A stretch of 32,000 nucleotides of DNA, from NCBI GenBank assembly GCA_047622345.1, contig JBLHOA010000005.1, positions 10,423-42,422 on the forward strand, read 5' to 3'. The notes under the pieces were generated by a model that worked only from the letters and a program-made list of their open reading frames with translations, was not told the origin of the DNA and did no database searches. This DNA comes from Gammaproteobacteria bacterium. Its GTDB lineage: Bacteria; Pseudomonadota; Gammaproteobacteria; GCA-001735895. Position 1 is the stretch's first letter, and each line of letters opens with the position of its first letter. A program made the position numbers and the translations under genes. Shown here piece after piece: positions 1-8,808 of this stretch.

Positions 1-2
1 CC

Positions 3-275
3 CGTATTTCGATCGAAATTAGCCGCCAGGGGGGGAGTTCTGTCTACGGTGATTTCCGGGTTAGTTTCACTCCAGATGGAGGCGCACCGGTTGTCGTTGC
101 CCAGGCCAATGGTGTCAGTGTGTATGCCAACATTAATAAGCGACGTTTTGAAATGCCGTTAAATTTCCCGGCCGGGGTAAATCTGCTCAATGGTGTTCTC
201 GATATTGCTTTCATCAATTCCGGCTCGGATATTGAAACCGGTACCCTGGCCCGAACCCGGCTTGAACTGAACTGA
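3..275 (+). CDS. 3' end of a hypothetical protein, possibly a fimbrial/DUF4402-like subunit; the 5' end lies outside the window
   Basis: Frame 3 is open from the window edge to TGA at 273-275 (…VYANINKRRFEMPLNFPAGVNLLNGVLDIAFINSGSDIETGTLARTRLELN*). It ends 17 nt before the next gene on the same strand. The C-terminal pattern xGTxxxxxxLN loosely resembles the YAGTMSVRIDYN end of the DUF4402 protein at 7927-8466. Confidence 0.45.
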   Translation, partial: RISIEISRQGGSSVYGDFRVSFTPDGGAPVVVAQANGVSVYANINKRRFEMPLNFPAGVNLLNGVLDIAFINSGSDIETGTLARTRLELN

Positions 276-292
276 TAAAATGCGCGGCAACT

Positions 293-2947
293 ATGTTAAT
301 GACTGGCAAGATGGCAGGCTTGCAAAGGCTGAGCCTAATTCTTTTACTGACCACCTCATTTTTTGCAAACGCGCAATCCACTACTGGTAACGACAATAAA
401 AACTGGACTCCCGATAGCCTGGATTTACGGATTCTGGAACTTCGCGTTAAACAATATACTTTCGATGATGTCGTTGCCGGCTACCAATTCGAAGATATCG
501 TCCTACTTCCCCTTGGAGCGATCAGCGAAATTATCGATTTAGCCATCGATGTCGGTGAACAATCGGCCTCCGGATTTGTAATCAACCAGAATCGAACCCT
601 ATTTCTCGATATCCCACGCAATGAAATCACCCTGCAAGGCGTGCTCAAAAAATACGACCCTGACAAGGTCCACGTGCTCTTTAATGATATTTATGTCGAA
701 TCCAACTTGCTCGGCGACTGGCTCAATATGACCTTCGATGTTGATCTGTTCGCAGCGCGGGTATGGATTCAATCAGAAGAGCCACTGCCATTTCAGCAAC
801 AGCTGGAACGGGACAAGCGCATCGCCTTGGCGATGGGGCGTTTGAATCAGGATCAGGTGCAATATCCGCGGCATGTTGAGCCTTACCAAAACTGGAGCAT
901 GCCATTTGTCGACCAGACATTTCGTTTGAGCCATCGTAAAAATGATCAGGGTGATTCGGTTAGCAACTATCAATATACAACCTACGCAACTGCCGATCTG
1001 GCAAAACTCGAGTCGTCGCTTTTCTTTTCCGGTAGCGATGAAAACGAAAGCGATCAATTCAGGATTAACTTCGGACGCAAAGATCCGCAAGGCGGATTGC
1101 TCGGTAAGCTCGATGCGACGGAGTTTTCTTTTGGACACATGGCCGAGCCGCGGCTGGCATTAATTAATCAACCGAGTTCGTTGGAGGCTGGAGTCAGCGC
1201 GAGTAGTTTTCCACTAGGGCGTCAAATCGAATTTGACCGGCATCGTTTTATTGGTGAATTGTTACCCGACTGGGAAGTCGAGTTGTACCGTAATAACGCA
1301 CTAATCGGCTATCAGGGCGAGCCGATCAACGGTCAGTACGATTTTCAGGATGTGCCATTACTGTTCGGCAACAATCATTTCCGTTTAGTTTTCTATGGTC
1401 CGCAGGGTCAAATCAGAGAAGAAGAAAATAGATTTGATCTGAATCAGTCACTCACCCGCGCAGGTGAATACTATTATCGGGTAACAGCGACCAACGACGA
1501 TGCTGGCGGTAGTCGCGCCATACTGCAATTCGATGCCGGGATGAATAAACGCCTGTCGGCTACCGCCAACCTCGCCAGTATTCCACTGGAGATTTCAGGC
1601 GAGCGCAAACAACATGATTATCTGAATCTGGGCTTACGCAGTTACTGGGATAAATTTTTTGTGACCTTCGATACGATTTCCGATTTGGGAGGGGGTGACG
1701 CCTATGAAATTAACCTGCAAACCCGATGGAATAGTACAATTTTCGGGGTCACTGAAACTGTGCTCGATAATTTTTTCAGCGAAGAATTCGGCCCCAATGA
1801 AGTTGAACTGTCACGGCGTAGCAGTTGGCGTGTCGACAGCTCAATCCCACCGGGCTTGCTGCCGAGAATTCCGATTGGTTTTGAGTTTAAGCGTGATGTG
1901 TTTGCCGATGGCGGTGAGCTGAATAGTATTATCAACCGCATATCGACGAATGCGCACGGGATTGCGATCAGTAATCAACTGGTACGCCAGAAAATCAGCG
2001 GCCAGGATGCAACTTCGACGGGTACTTTGCAGCTTAGTGGTAATTACTCGGGAACGCGCTGGCGGGGTACCGTAAATTACGCAATCGATCCGCACAGTGA
2101 GCTGAGCAGTCTGGCATTAACCGCCGACCCCGGGCGCTTTGGTGAGTATCGGGTGACACTGGGTTTAACCCATTCACTGGAACAGGGTTTAACCGAGTAT
2201 GGTGTCAGCGCCAGTAAGGGGTCGGGTCGCTACAACCTGGGCTATGGCCTCCGTTATAACAGTGACGATGAAATAGCCCTGGATGCCAGCTTGTCTATCA
2301 GTTTCGGACATGAACCGCGCAGCCGCCAATGGTTTTCAAACGCACGAACCATGGCGGGCAGCGGTAGTATTTCAGCCCGTGCATTCCTCGATTCCAATCA
2401 GGACAGTGTTTTTAATGAAGGCGATGAAGCACTACCTGACGTCGGTTTTCGCTTAAACGGCGGTTACAATTCGATTCGTACCGACGATGATGGTGTAGGA
2501 TTTCTAACTGGTCTTCCGGTGCATCAGCCGCTAAATTTGACGGTAGCTCCTGAAACCATAACCGACCCATTGTGGATTGTTGCCCGGGAAGGTATCGGGG
2601 TGGTACCAAGGCCCGGGCATACCATGCAGCTCGATTTCCCGATACTGATCACCGGTGAAATTGACGGTACGGTTTATCTTGCCAAAGACGGCAGACAGTT
2701 TGGTGTCGGCCGCGTTATCGTTGAATTGCTGGATGTTGACCGAAATATAGTCAGTACCGCGGTAACTGCCTACGATGGCTTCTACGTGATGAGTAAAATT
2801 CCTTTCGGGCAGTATCATTTACGCGTATCTAAAAAGCAGCAGGACGAGCTTGAACTGGTATCGAATAAAGTCGAGTCCTTTTCTATTAACGCGCAGGATT
2901 ATTTCCTCAACGGGTTCGATTTTGTATTGCGGGAAAATAAACCATAG
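293..2947 (+). CDS. Large secreted/outer-membrane protein, usher-like, with a C-terminal carboxypeptidase-regulatory-like (transthyretin-fold) domain
   Basis: An 884-aa uninterrupted ORF with an N-terminal signal peptide (LSLILLLTTSFFANAQS). The composition is beta-rich with many G/Y/N/S/T residues. The segment WEVELYRNNALIGYQGEPINGQYDFQDVPLLFGNNHFRLVFYGPQGQ resembles usher middle/plug-type Ig domains. The C-terminus (GEIDGTVYL…DGFYVMSKIPFGQYHLRV) is typical of CarboxypepD_reg-like domains. The function is inferred. Confidence 0.7.
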   Translation: MLMTGKMAGLQRLSLILLLTTSFFANAQSTTGNDNKNWTPDSLDLRILELRVKQYTFDDVVAGYQFEDIVLLPLGAISEIIDLAIDVGEQSASGFVINQNRTLFLDIPRNEITLQGVLKKYDPDKVHVLFNDIYVESNLLGDWLNMTFDVDLFAARVWIQSEEPLPFQQQLERDKRIALAMGRLNQDQVQYPRHVEPYQNWSMPFVDQTFRLSHRKNDQGDSVSNYQYTTYATADLAKLESSLFFSGSDENESDQFRINFGRKDPQGGLLGKLDATEFSFGHMAEPRLALINQPSSLEAGVSASSFPLGRQIEFDRHRFIGELLPDWEVELYRNNALIGYQGEPINGQYDFQDVPLLFGNNHFRLVFYGPQGQIREEENRFDLNQSLTRAGEYYYRVTATNDDAGGSRAILQFDAGMNKRLSATANLASIPLEISGERKQHDYLNLGLRSYWDKFFVTFDTISDLGGGDAYEINLQTRWNSTIFGVTETVLDNFFSEEFGPNEVELSRRSSWRVDSSIPPGLLPRIPIGFEFKRDVFADGGELNSIINRISTNAHGIAISNQLVRQKISGQDATSTGTLQLSGNYSGTRWRGTVNYAIDPHSELSSLALTADPGRFGEYRVTLGLTHSLEQGLTEYGVSASKGSGRYNLGYGLRYNSDDEIALDASLSISFGHEPRSRQWFSNARTMAGSGSISARAFLDSNQDSVFNEGDEALPDVGFRLNGGYNSIRTDDDGVGFLTGLPVHQPLNLTVAPETITDPLWIVAREGIGVVPRPGHTMQLDFPILITGEIDGTVYLAKDGRQFGVGRVIVELLDVDRNIVSTAVTAYDGFYVMSKIPFGQYHLRVSKKQQDELELVSNKVESFSINAQDYFLNGFDFVLRENKP

Positions 2948-3104
2948 CGGTTTTACGTTTATTTTAAGGAACCTTTGAATTAATCAGTGTTTCCCTGAGT
3001 TGGTGTTAGCGCAAATATTGTTAAGGTAGCGGTTAAAGTTGAAATGCGCTGGCCTGTTTTCAACTGGGGACAGCCAATCATCAGGGATTAATTTAATACA
3101 AACT

Positions 3105-4467
3105 ATGGATGACAGCGTAGTTCAAAAATACAACATTCCTGGGCCGCGCTATACCAGCTATCCGACCGACCCCTATTGGAATGACGACTCGATTACGTCT
3201 GACCTATGGAAAGAGTCGGTGGCAAGGGAATTTGAGCAAAGCAATTCAAGCGAGGGCAACAGCTTATCTATACACCTGCCGTTTTGCGAAAGCCTGTGCA
3301 CGTTTTGCGTTTGCCATAAAGGTATTACCAAAAATCACAGCGTCGAATCACCCCATATCGATGCGGTATTAAACGAATGGAAGACCTACCGAAACCTATT
3401 CACCGAGACTCCGAAAATAAAGGAATTGCACCTGGGTGGGGTTACCCCGGTGTTCTTTAGTACTACCATTTAAAGAAGCTGATCGATGGCGTAATGGAGC
3501 ATGCACTGCCGGCCGAGGGCCACGAGTTCAGCTTTGAAGGACGCCCCAACAATACCACTCAGATCAGCTAAAAATCCTGTATGACCTTGGGTTCAGACGA
3601 TGCAGCTTCGGGGTGCAGGACTACAATCCGCGGGTACAGAAAACGATCAACAGGGTGCAAAGCTTCGAGCAGGTCAAACGGGTGACCAACTGGGCTAAAG
3701 AAACCGGATATAGTTCGATAAGCCATGACCTGGTTTTCGGATTGCCGCATCAAACCCTGGAAAATATAGTCGATACCATCGATAAGACCCTGGAAATTGC
3801 CCCGGACAGATTGGCTTTTTATAGCTATGCGCATGTGCCCTGGATAAAAGGGACCGGGTAACATGGGTTTGACGAAGCCGATCTACCCAAAAATGAGATT
3901 AAAAGAGCCTTGTATGAAACCGGGAAGAGGCTGTTTTCTGAATTTGGTTATGAAGAAATAGGCATGGATCATTTCGCGGTGAAAACTGACTCCCTGTATC
4001 AATCCTTAACCAACAAAGATTTACACCGTAATTTCATGGGCTATACCGCCCCTAAAACCTGATTGATGATCGGTCTGGGTATGTTGGCGATTAGTGACTC
4101 CTGGTTCGCTTTTGCGCAGAATGAAAAGACGGTTGCTGACTACGAAATTCGTGCCAACAGTGGTGAGCTACCGATTTTCCGGGGTCATTTATTAACCGGT
4201 GAAGACCTAATCGTACGGCAACATATACTCAATATTATGTGTCATTTTGAAACAACCTGGGATCGCCAGGACAGCCGCTTCCCGGAACTCGAAAACTATT
4301 TGCGCCTGCTAGTTGAAATGGAGCACGATGGATTGCTGGAAATTGGTGAAAACAAGTTAATGGTGCTGGAACATGCCAGGCCCTTTGTCAGAAATATATG
4401 TATGGCCTTTGATTTACGCCTGTTGCGCGAAGCCCCGGATACGCAGGTTTTTTCGATGACCATATAA
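3105..4467 (+). pseudogene. hemN: Oxygen-independent coproporphyrinogen III oxidase (HemN, radical SAM), disrupted
   Basis: HemN hallmarks are spread over three frames. They include the N-terminus VQKYNIPGPRYTSYPT, the radical-SAM motif CESLCTFC, GVQDYNPRVQKTINR, YAHVPWIKG, HRNFMGYT and the C-terminus RNICMAFD. There are frameshifts near 3467-3473 and 3560-3570, an in-frame TAA at 3859-3861 and an in-frame TGA at 4060-4062. Confidence 0.85.
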
Positions 4468-4652
4468 GCATTTTGCCGATGCGAAAATCAAAATAATTCG
4501 TAGCGATATAAACCATTCGACGTTAGTGCCCGGTTCAGTTTTACCGTTGTCAGGATCTTCCACTGCAACCGGTAGACAGAAACCGAGAGGAATCAGGAAA
4601 TCCTGACGTTACCGTATTTTCATAAAGTAACATTCGTTTTGATTCTGCGCTA

Positions 4653-7577
4653 TTAATCCAGAACGAGTCGAAATCCGAGGGAATTGTTACTCTTCGTCAT
4701 AGCAACACCATCGCGATTCGCCGATCTCATATAGCCGGGAACGCTGCTCCAGGCCCCGCCGCGCGAAACGCGTTTACTGCAATCGCCGATCAACCAGGCA
4801 CTGCCATCCAGTGATGCGCCGTTATATGACTTATTCCAGCAGTCCTGAACCCATTCCCAGACGTTGCCGTGCATGTCGCTGAGACCGAATTTGTTGGCCG
4901 GGAAGGCCCCGACCGGGGAAGTGTTTATCCATTTATCGGCATCGGCGGCGAGCCCGCCGCAACAATTATCCTGGCCGTAGTTTGCATTATTGTGCGAGGC
5001 GGTATTCCCCCAGCTGAACTTGCTTCGGCTGCCGGCTCTTGCCGCATATTCCCACTCGGCTTCGCTGGGCAGCCGGAAGCTGGACTGAGTTTGCGCGCTC
5101 AGCCATTTGGCATAGTCGTTAGCTTCACGCCAGCTGACATTGATCACCGGCCGATTGCCACGCCCCCAGGATTCATCACCCGGCCTTCTTGCCGAGGTCA
5201 GTTTGAAGTAAACATCGAATTGCGCAAAAGTGATTTCGTGCTTGGTCAGTTTAAATTGTTTCACCTTGACCTGCCGTACGGGTTTTTCGTCATTGCTTCC
5301 GTCTCGACCGAGGTCACCCATGGCGAAACTGCCGGCGGGTATGGACAGCAATTGCATCCCGGGGGCATATTTTTCGATCAACTCAGCCGGGGTATCAGCG
5401 TTAGCTGGCTTAGCTACGCCGCTGGCCTCAGAGATAGCAGTGTTTTGCGCCAGTCGTTTGGTGTCGGCCGACTTTGGTTTGCTAAGCGCTCGGGCTAGCT
5501 TCTTTTCCCGGTTGGCGGCGGCGGTTAATTTAGATTGCGCATGATAGTCGATCAGTTGTTGCTGCAGGGCGACACTGGTTTTGATAGCCGCTTCGAATTC
5601 CTGCGCGTTTAACTCGGTCTGCTCGGTCACTTTGTGCTGCTGAATCGAGTCCTGTTGTACACGGCTTATTTTCAGGCCATGTTTTCTCAGATAGGCCTGC
5701 CACTCATTTTCAATTTGCTCAGTCTGTACTTGTTGTTTTTGGTGGCGTGCGCGCGCTGCTGCCAGGTCCTGATCGGTTTGCCATAGCTTCTGATAAATAT
5801 CTTTCAGCTTATTAAGCTGCGCGATACTTTCGACGAGTTTACCCCGCGCGGCCAGCTTTTGTACGCCAATAAGAGCCTGTTGGTAAGACTCGATACCCTC
5901 GGGTATTGAAAGTTGCTGGGCCAGATTATGCTGGCGCCAGACAGATTGAGTTTTGGTTAAACTTTCTACTGCGAGCAGATAGCCATCCGCCCGGCCGAAT
6001 TGCTCCAGTTTGAATTTCAGCTCGACCAGTACCGGGATCAACAATGCAGTTGCCTTTGCATGCCTGTTTTCCGATATTAATGACAACGCTGTTTGCGCAA
6101 TGTCTCTGGCCCTGGACAAGTAGTTATCGTCGTAGATAATGCGGTTGGTCAGACTGCGCAACTGGCGGTTATGCTGTTGATCGAATCGGGCCTGCTCGAG
6201 TTTTCCGGTAATTTCTATTTCCTGTGATTCCCGCCTGGCGCGCCGCAGCGATACTTCGAGGTCGCCGATACTCCGGTCACCAATCCTGATCCGGGTTTCC
6301 AGTTTATTTCTCGCCTGGCGTAAATGTTTTATCAATTCATTTACGTCGCTTACCTGTTTGATGGTAGCGTTGAACTGTTGCTGTTCGGACTGCGCCGATC
6401 GCGGGCGAAAGCTGTCCCACAGTTCGGCCAGGCGGCCCGACGATATCAGGGGCCAGACTAAGGTTGCAGAGATAACAAGGGTAGCTAGCAAAGCCGTTGT
6501 TTTTAAGCCTAGTCTGGGAAACGATATGGCGGAGCTGCGTAGCGTAAGTGCCGCCACCACTTCGTCCGTCGATTGAAAACGTTGTGCCGAATTTACTTGT
6601 AGCAATTTTTCAATTGCCCGCGAAATCTTTCTGCCCGCCTTTCCGAAGCGAAGGCTTACCGTTTTCATGGAAGCATCGGGGAGCTGAAAAGTAAGCATTT
6701 CGTAGAGAATGACGCCCAGCGCGAATTGATCTGCGCTGCCGTCGATATGGTTTGATTCGACAAGCTGTTCGGGTGCCCGGTAGCGGGTATTCATAGACGC
6801 CGAGGTGTCTGCGCTTTGAACAGCGTGCATCAAGCGCTCGCTGCCGAAGCCGATAATTTTAAAGTTACCCTGACTGTCGACCCATATGTTGTCCGGGTTG
6901 AGGTCGCGATGGACGGTACTGATGTGGGCGTAACTCAGTATCTCGGCAATGGTTTTACCGATGCGTAGAGCCTCTTTCGTGGTAAACGATTTTTTCGTCT
7001 TTTTGCGATCATCGATAAGTTGTCTTAATGTCCGGCCATGGAGCAATTCCATTAACAGAAAATAATAGTCGCCGTCGTTTTTCCAGTCGCTTGAATTGAC
7101 GATGCCGGGGTGAAAAAGCTCGCTGGAAACATGCGCCTCGTTGATAAAGCAGTTTTTTGCGGTTTCATCCGCCAGTAATTCGGGGGAAATCACCTTCAGC
7201 ACAAAATCCCGATTGCGTTTTGCATCGCTAACCCGCCACAGCGCGCTGATGCGACCCTGACCTATTTGCTCTAAAAGGGTATAGCGCTGCGCCAGCAGTT
7301 GGCCAACCTGCAGGCCATATTTTCCAGTTTCGGAACTGCCCCCGGTAGGCGCAGGCTTATCCGACAGGGTTGCATTTTGCTCATTGCTCAACACGGAGGC
7401 AGCCTGTTCGATCTGCTTCAGCATGTTATGAAACTGTTTTTTCAATGCTTCGGTAGGGGCGGTTTCGATTCTGGCAGTGATCAAAATCTTACGCTTGGTA
7501 AAGCTGCGCAGTACGTCGCTGTCTCCGTCGAGCATTCCCAGTATTTTTCTTGCGTCGTCCGGATGCATAACCTTCAA
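4653..7577 (-). CDS. Transmembrane Ser/Thr protein-kinase-fold / coiled-coil / FGE-sulfatase (SUMF1)-fold fusion protein
   Basis: A 974-aa ORF. The kinase fold spans aa ~98-345 (IGQGRISALW, FVLKV, HRDLNPDN, GFG, RAPE). A TM helix lies at aa ~358-379 (LKTTALLATLVISATLVWPLI). A Q/E/K/R-rich region of about 350 aa follows. The FGE-type domain covers aa ~738-974 (GSFAMGD, RPVINVSW, RLPSEAEWEYAARAG, HGNVWEWVQD, RGGAW, GFRLV). Confidence 0.9.
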   Translation of the reverse strand: MKVMHPDDARKILGMLDGDSDVLRSFTKRKILITARIETAPTEALKKQFHNMLKQIEQAASVLSNEQNATLSDKPAPTGGSSETGKYGLQVGQLLAQRYTLLEQIGQGRISALWRVSDAKRNRDFVLKVISPELLADETAKNCFINEAHVSSELFHPGIVNSSDWKNDGDYYFLLMELLHGRTLRQLIDDRKKTKKSFTTKEALRIGKTIAEILSYAHISTVHRDLNPDNIWVDSQGNFKIIGFGSERLMHAVQSADTSASMNTRYRAPEQLVESNHIDGSADQFALGVILYEMLTFQLPDASMKTVSLRFGKAGRKISRAIEKLLQVNSAQRFQSTDEVVAALTLRSSAISFPRLGLKTTALLATLVISATLVWPLISSGRLAELWDSFRPRSAQSEQQQFNATIKQVSDVNELIKHLRQARNKLETRIRIGDRSIGDLEVSLRRARRESQEIEITGKLEQARFDQQHNRQLRSLTNRIIYDDNYLSRARDIAQTALSLISENRHAKATALLIPVLVELKFKLEQFGRADGYLLAVESLTKTQSVWRQHNLAQQLSIPEGIESYQQALIGVQKLAARGKLVESIAQLNKLKDIYQKLWQTDQDLAAARARHQKQQVQTEQIENEWQAYLRKHGLKISRVQQDSIQQHKVTEQTELNAQEFEAAIKTSVALQQQLIDYHAQSKLTAAANREKKLARALSKPKSADTKRLAQNTAISEASGVAKPANADTPAELIEKYAPGMQLLSIPAGSFAMGDLGRDGSNDEKPVRQVKVKQFKLTKHEITFAQFDVYFKLTSARRPGDESWGRGNRPVINVSWREANDYAKWLSAQTQSSFRLPSEAEWEYAARAGSRSKFSWGNTASHNNANYGQDNCCGGLAADADKWINTSPVGAFPANKFGLSDMHGNVWEWVQDCWNKSYNGASLDGSAWLIGDCSKRVSRGGAWSSVPGYMRSANRDGVAMTKSNNSLGFRLVLD

Positions 7578-7926
7578 ATTTTAAATGCTTAATTTTAATG
7601 CAGCATAACAAAAAAGACCCTTCGTTAAATTCGAACTAGCGAAAGTTAGTTATCTATAAATGCTGATTGGGATCCATTTCTGGTCGGTATAGTTCCTGAA
7701 AACGGCTGGTTTTCGGTCCGTTCTAACCGACAGTTTTGATTCTACCGATCAATTTGGCAAACCGGGTAGGTATTTTCTTTCCAATTACGGTCTTTTTCTA
7801 CCTCGGCTTTTTCAAGTTTCCTGACCCGCGGCCGACATACCCCTGGAGCCGCCACGATAATTTTGTCGGGTGGCTGACCAGTCGGGTGCGACCGACAGCG
7901 AAAATACGGTTTTTAAGACGGGAGCG

Positions 7927-8466
7927 ATGATGATTTTAACCCATTTGCCTGGACTTCCCCTGCAACGCCTTCGTGCTACTCAGGGTTGCCTGCTTTTGAT
8001 GCTAACAATAGGCATCGAGTTACCGATGCAGGCGGCAACTACTACCGCCACGGTGAGCGCCAACATCGTAAAACCGATCAGTCTAAATACGCAAAGCGGG
8101 CTTAATTTTGTTGATGTTTCACCCAATATTTTTGCCGGAACTGTTGTCTTGAGCCCAGATGGGTCGCGCGTTGCGACAGGCGGAGCGAGCATTAAGTCTT
8201 CGGTCAACGGTGAAGCCGCTACTTTTGAAGTGCAGGGCGAACCGAATGCGGTGTACTCGATCAGCCTGCCTGAAGCCGTCTTACTGACCGGTTCGGCGGG
8301 TAACAACATGTTAGTCGACCGATTTACCAGTCTGCCTTCGAGCTCGGGTCGGATTTCCGCGAATGGCCTGCAAACCCTGTCGGTTGGCGCCCGGCTGAAT
8401 GTTGGCAGTAACCAGGCTTTCGGCCCCTACGCGGGAACAATGTCGGTCAGGATCGATTACAACTGA
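7927..8466 (+). CDS. DUF4402-family secreted protein (putative fimbrial-type subunit)
   Basis: Signal peptide (…LLLMLTIGIELPMQA/ATT). The body matches my recollection of DUF4402: VSANIVKPISL, FVDVSP…GTVVLSPDG, AATFEVQGEPNAVYSISLP, and a C-terminal GPYAGTMSVRIDYN. I prefer ATG 7927, which follows GGGAG, over the upstream ORF-track start at 7870. Confidence 0.7.
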   Translation: MMILTHLPGLPLQRLRATQGCLLLMLTIGIELPMQAATTTATVSANIVKPISLNTQSGLNFVDVSPNIFAGTVVLSPDGSRVATGGASIKSSVNGEAATFEVQGEPNAVYSISLPEAVLLTGSAGNNMLVDRFTSLPSSSGRISANGLQTLSVGARLNVGSNQAFGPYAGTMSVRIDYN

Positions 8467-8537
8467 TGAAGTCAGCTTTATCCGGTGGTGATCTGGATAC
8501 TGTTTATTTGTACATTTCGAAGAAGGAATAAGTCGAA

Positions 8538-8808
8538 ATGTTAAACCCGAATAAATTCTGGAAGTTATTGTTGCTGGTTGCAGCCCTGATCGGTGAGTCC
8601 GCAGGACTGGCCTCGCAAAGCGTTGAAATTGTAGACCAGCAAGGAAGTCCACTCGCGATTGCGCTAGTTGTAAACCCACAGCAAAAAGTGAAATCGGTGT
8701 CGGTGGCAGTGGCGACTATGGATCAGGTCGACTTCATCGTTTAACCCTTTTGTGGTCGCGGTAGAGCCGGGCCGGGCGGTAGAGTTCCCCAATAGTGACA
8801 ACATTCAG
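8538..8808 (+). pseudogene. Cupredoxin-like periplasmic protein (family often annotated 'methylamine utilization protein'), frameshifted and 3'-truncated
   Basis: Signal peptide, then VEIVDQQGSPL…ATMDQVDF. A frame change near 8730-8745 leads to NPFVVAVEPGRAVEFPNSDNIQ. The family motif normally continues FPNxDxxxHxVYSFS and about 80 more aa. Here similarity stops at ~8808, where the convergent gene ends. Confidence 0.55.

Noticed and set aside
2975-2990. FNR/Anr-like box (TTGAA-TTA-ATCAG) upstream of hemN
   Set aside because: The half-sites are imperfect and the spacer is 3 nt instead of 4 (consensus TTGAT-N4-ATCAA). It cannot be supported from sequence alone. A separate 7-bp inverted repeat, GTTGAAA-N13-TTTCAAC at ~3036-3065, is also unassigned.
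3859-4062. In-frame TAA/TGA in hemN as programmed recoding (selenocysteine or read-through)
   Set aside because: The same gene also has two frameshifts. No SECIS-like context is evident, and HemN is not a known selenoprotein. Decay is the simpler reading.
4468-4652. 8-bp inverted repeat GTCAGGAT…ATCCTGAC as a terminator between hemN and the kinase gene
   Set aside because: The loop is about 44 nt and there is no adjoining T-tract. This is not a convincing intrinsic terminator.
4869-5544. 209-aa and 104-aa plus-strand ORFs inside the kinase/FGE gene
   Set aside because: They are antisense to a strongly supported 974-aa gene. Their composition is Gly/Pro/Arg-rich, typical of antisense frames.
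7736-7930. 64-aa ORF, and the upstream start (7870) for the DUF4402 gene
   Set aside because: No signal peptide or homology in the upstream part. ATG 7927 is preceded by GGGAG and gives a sensible signal peptide.
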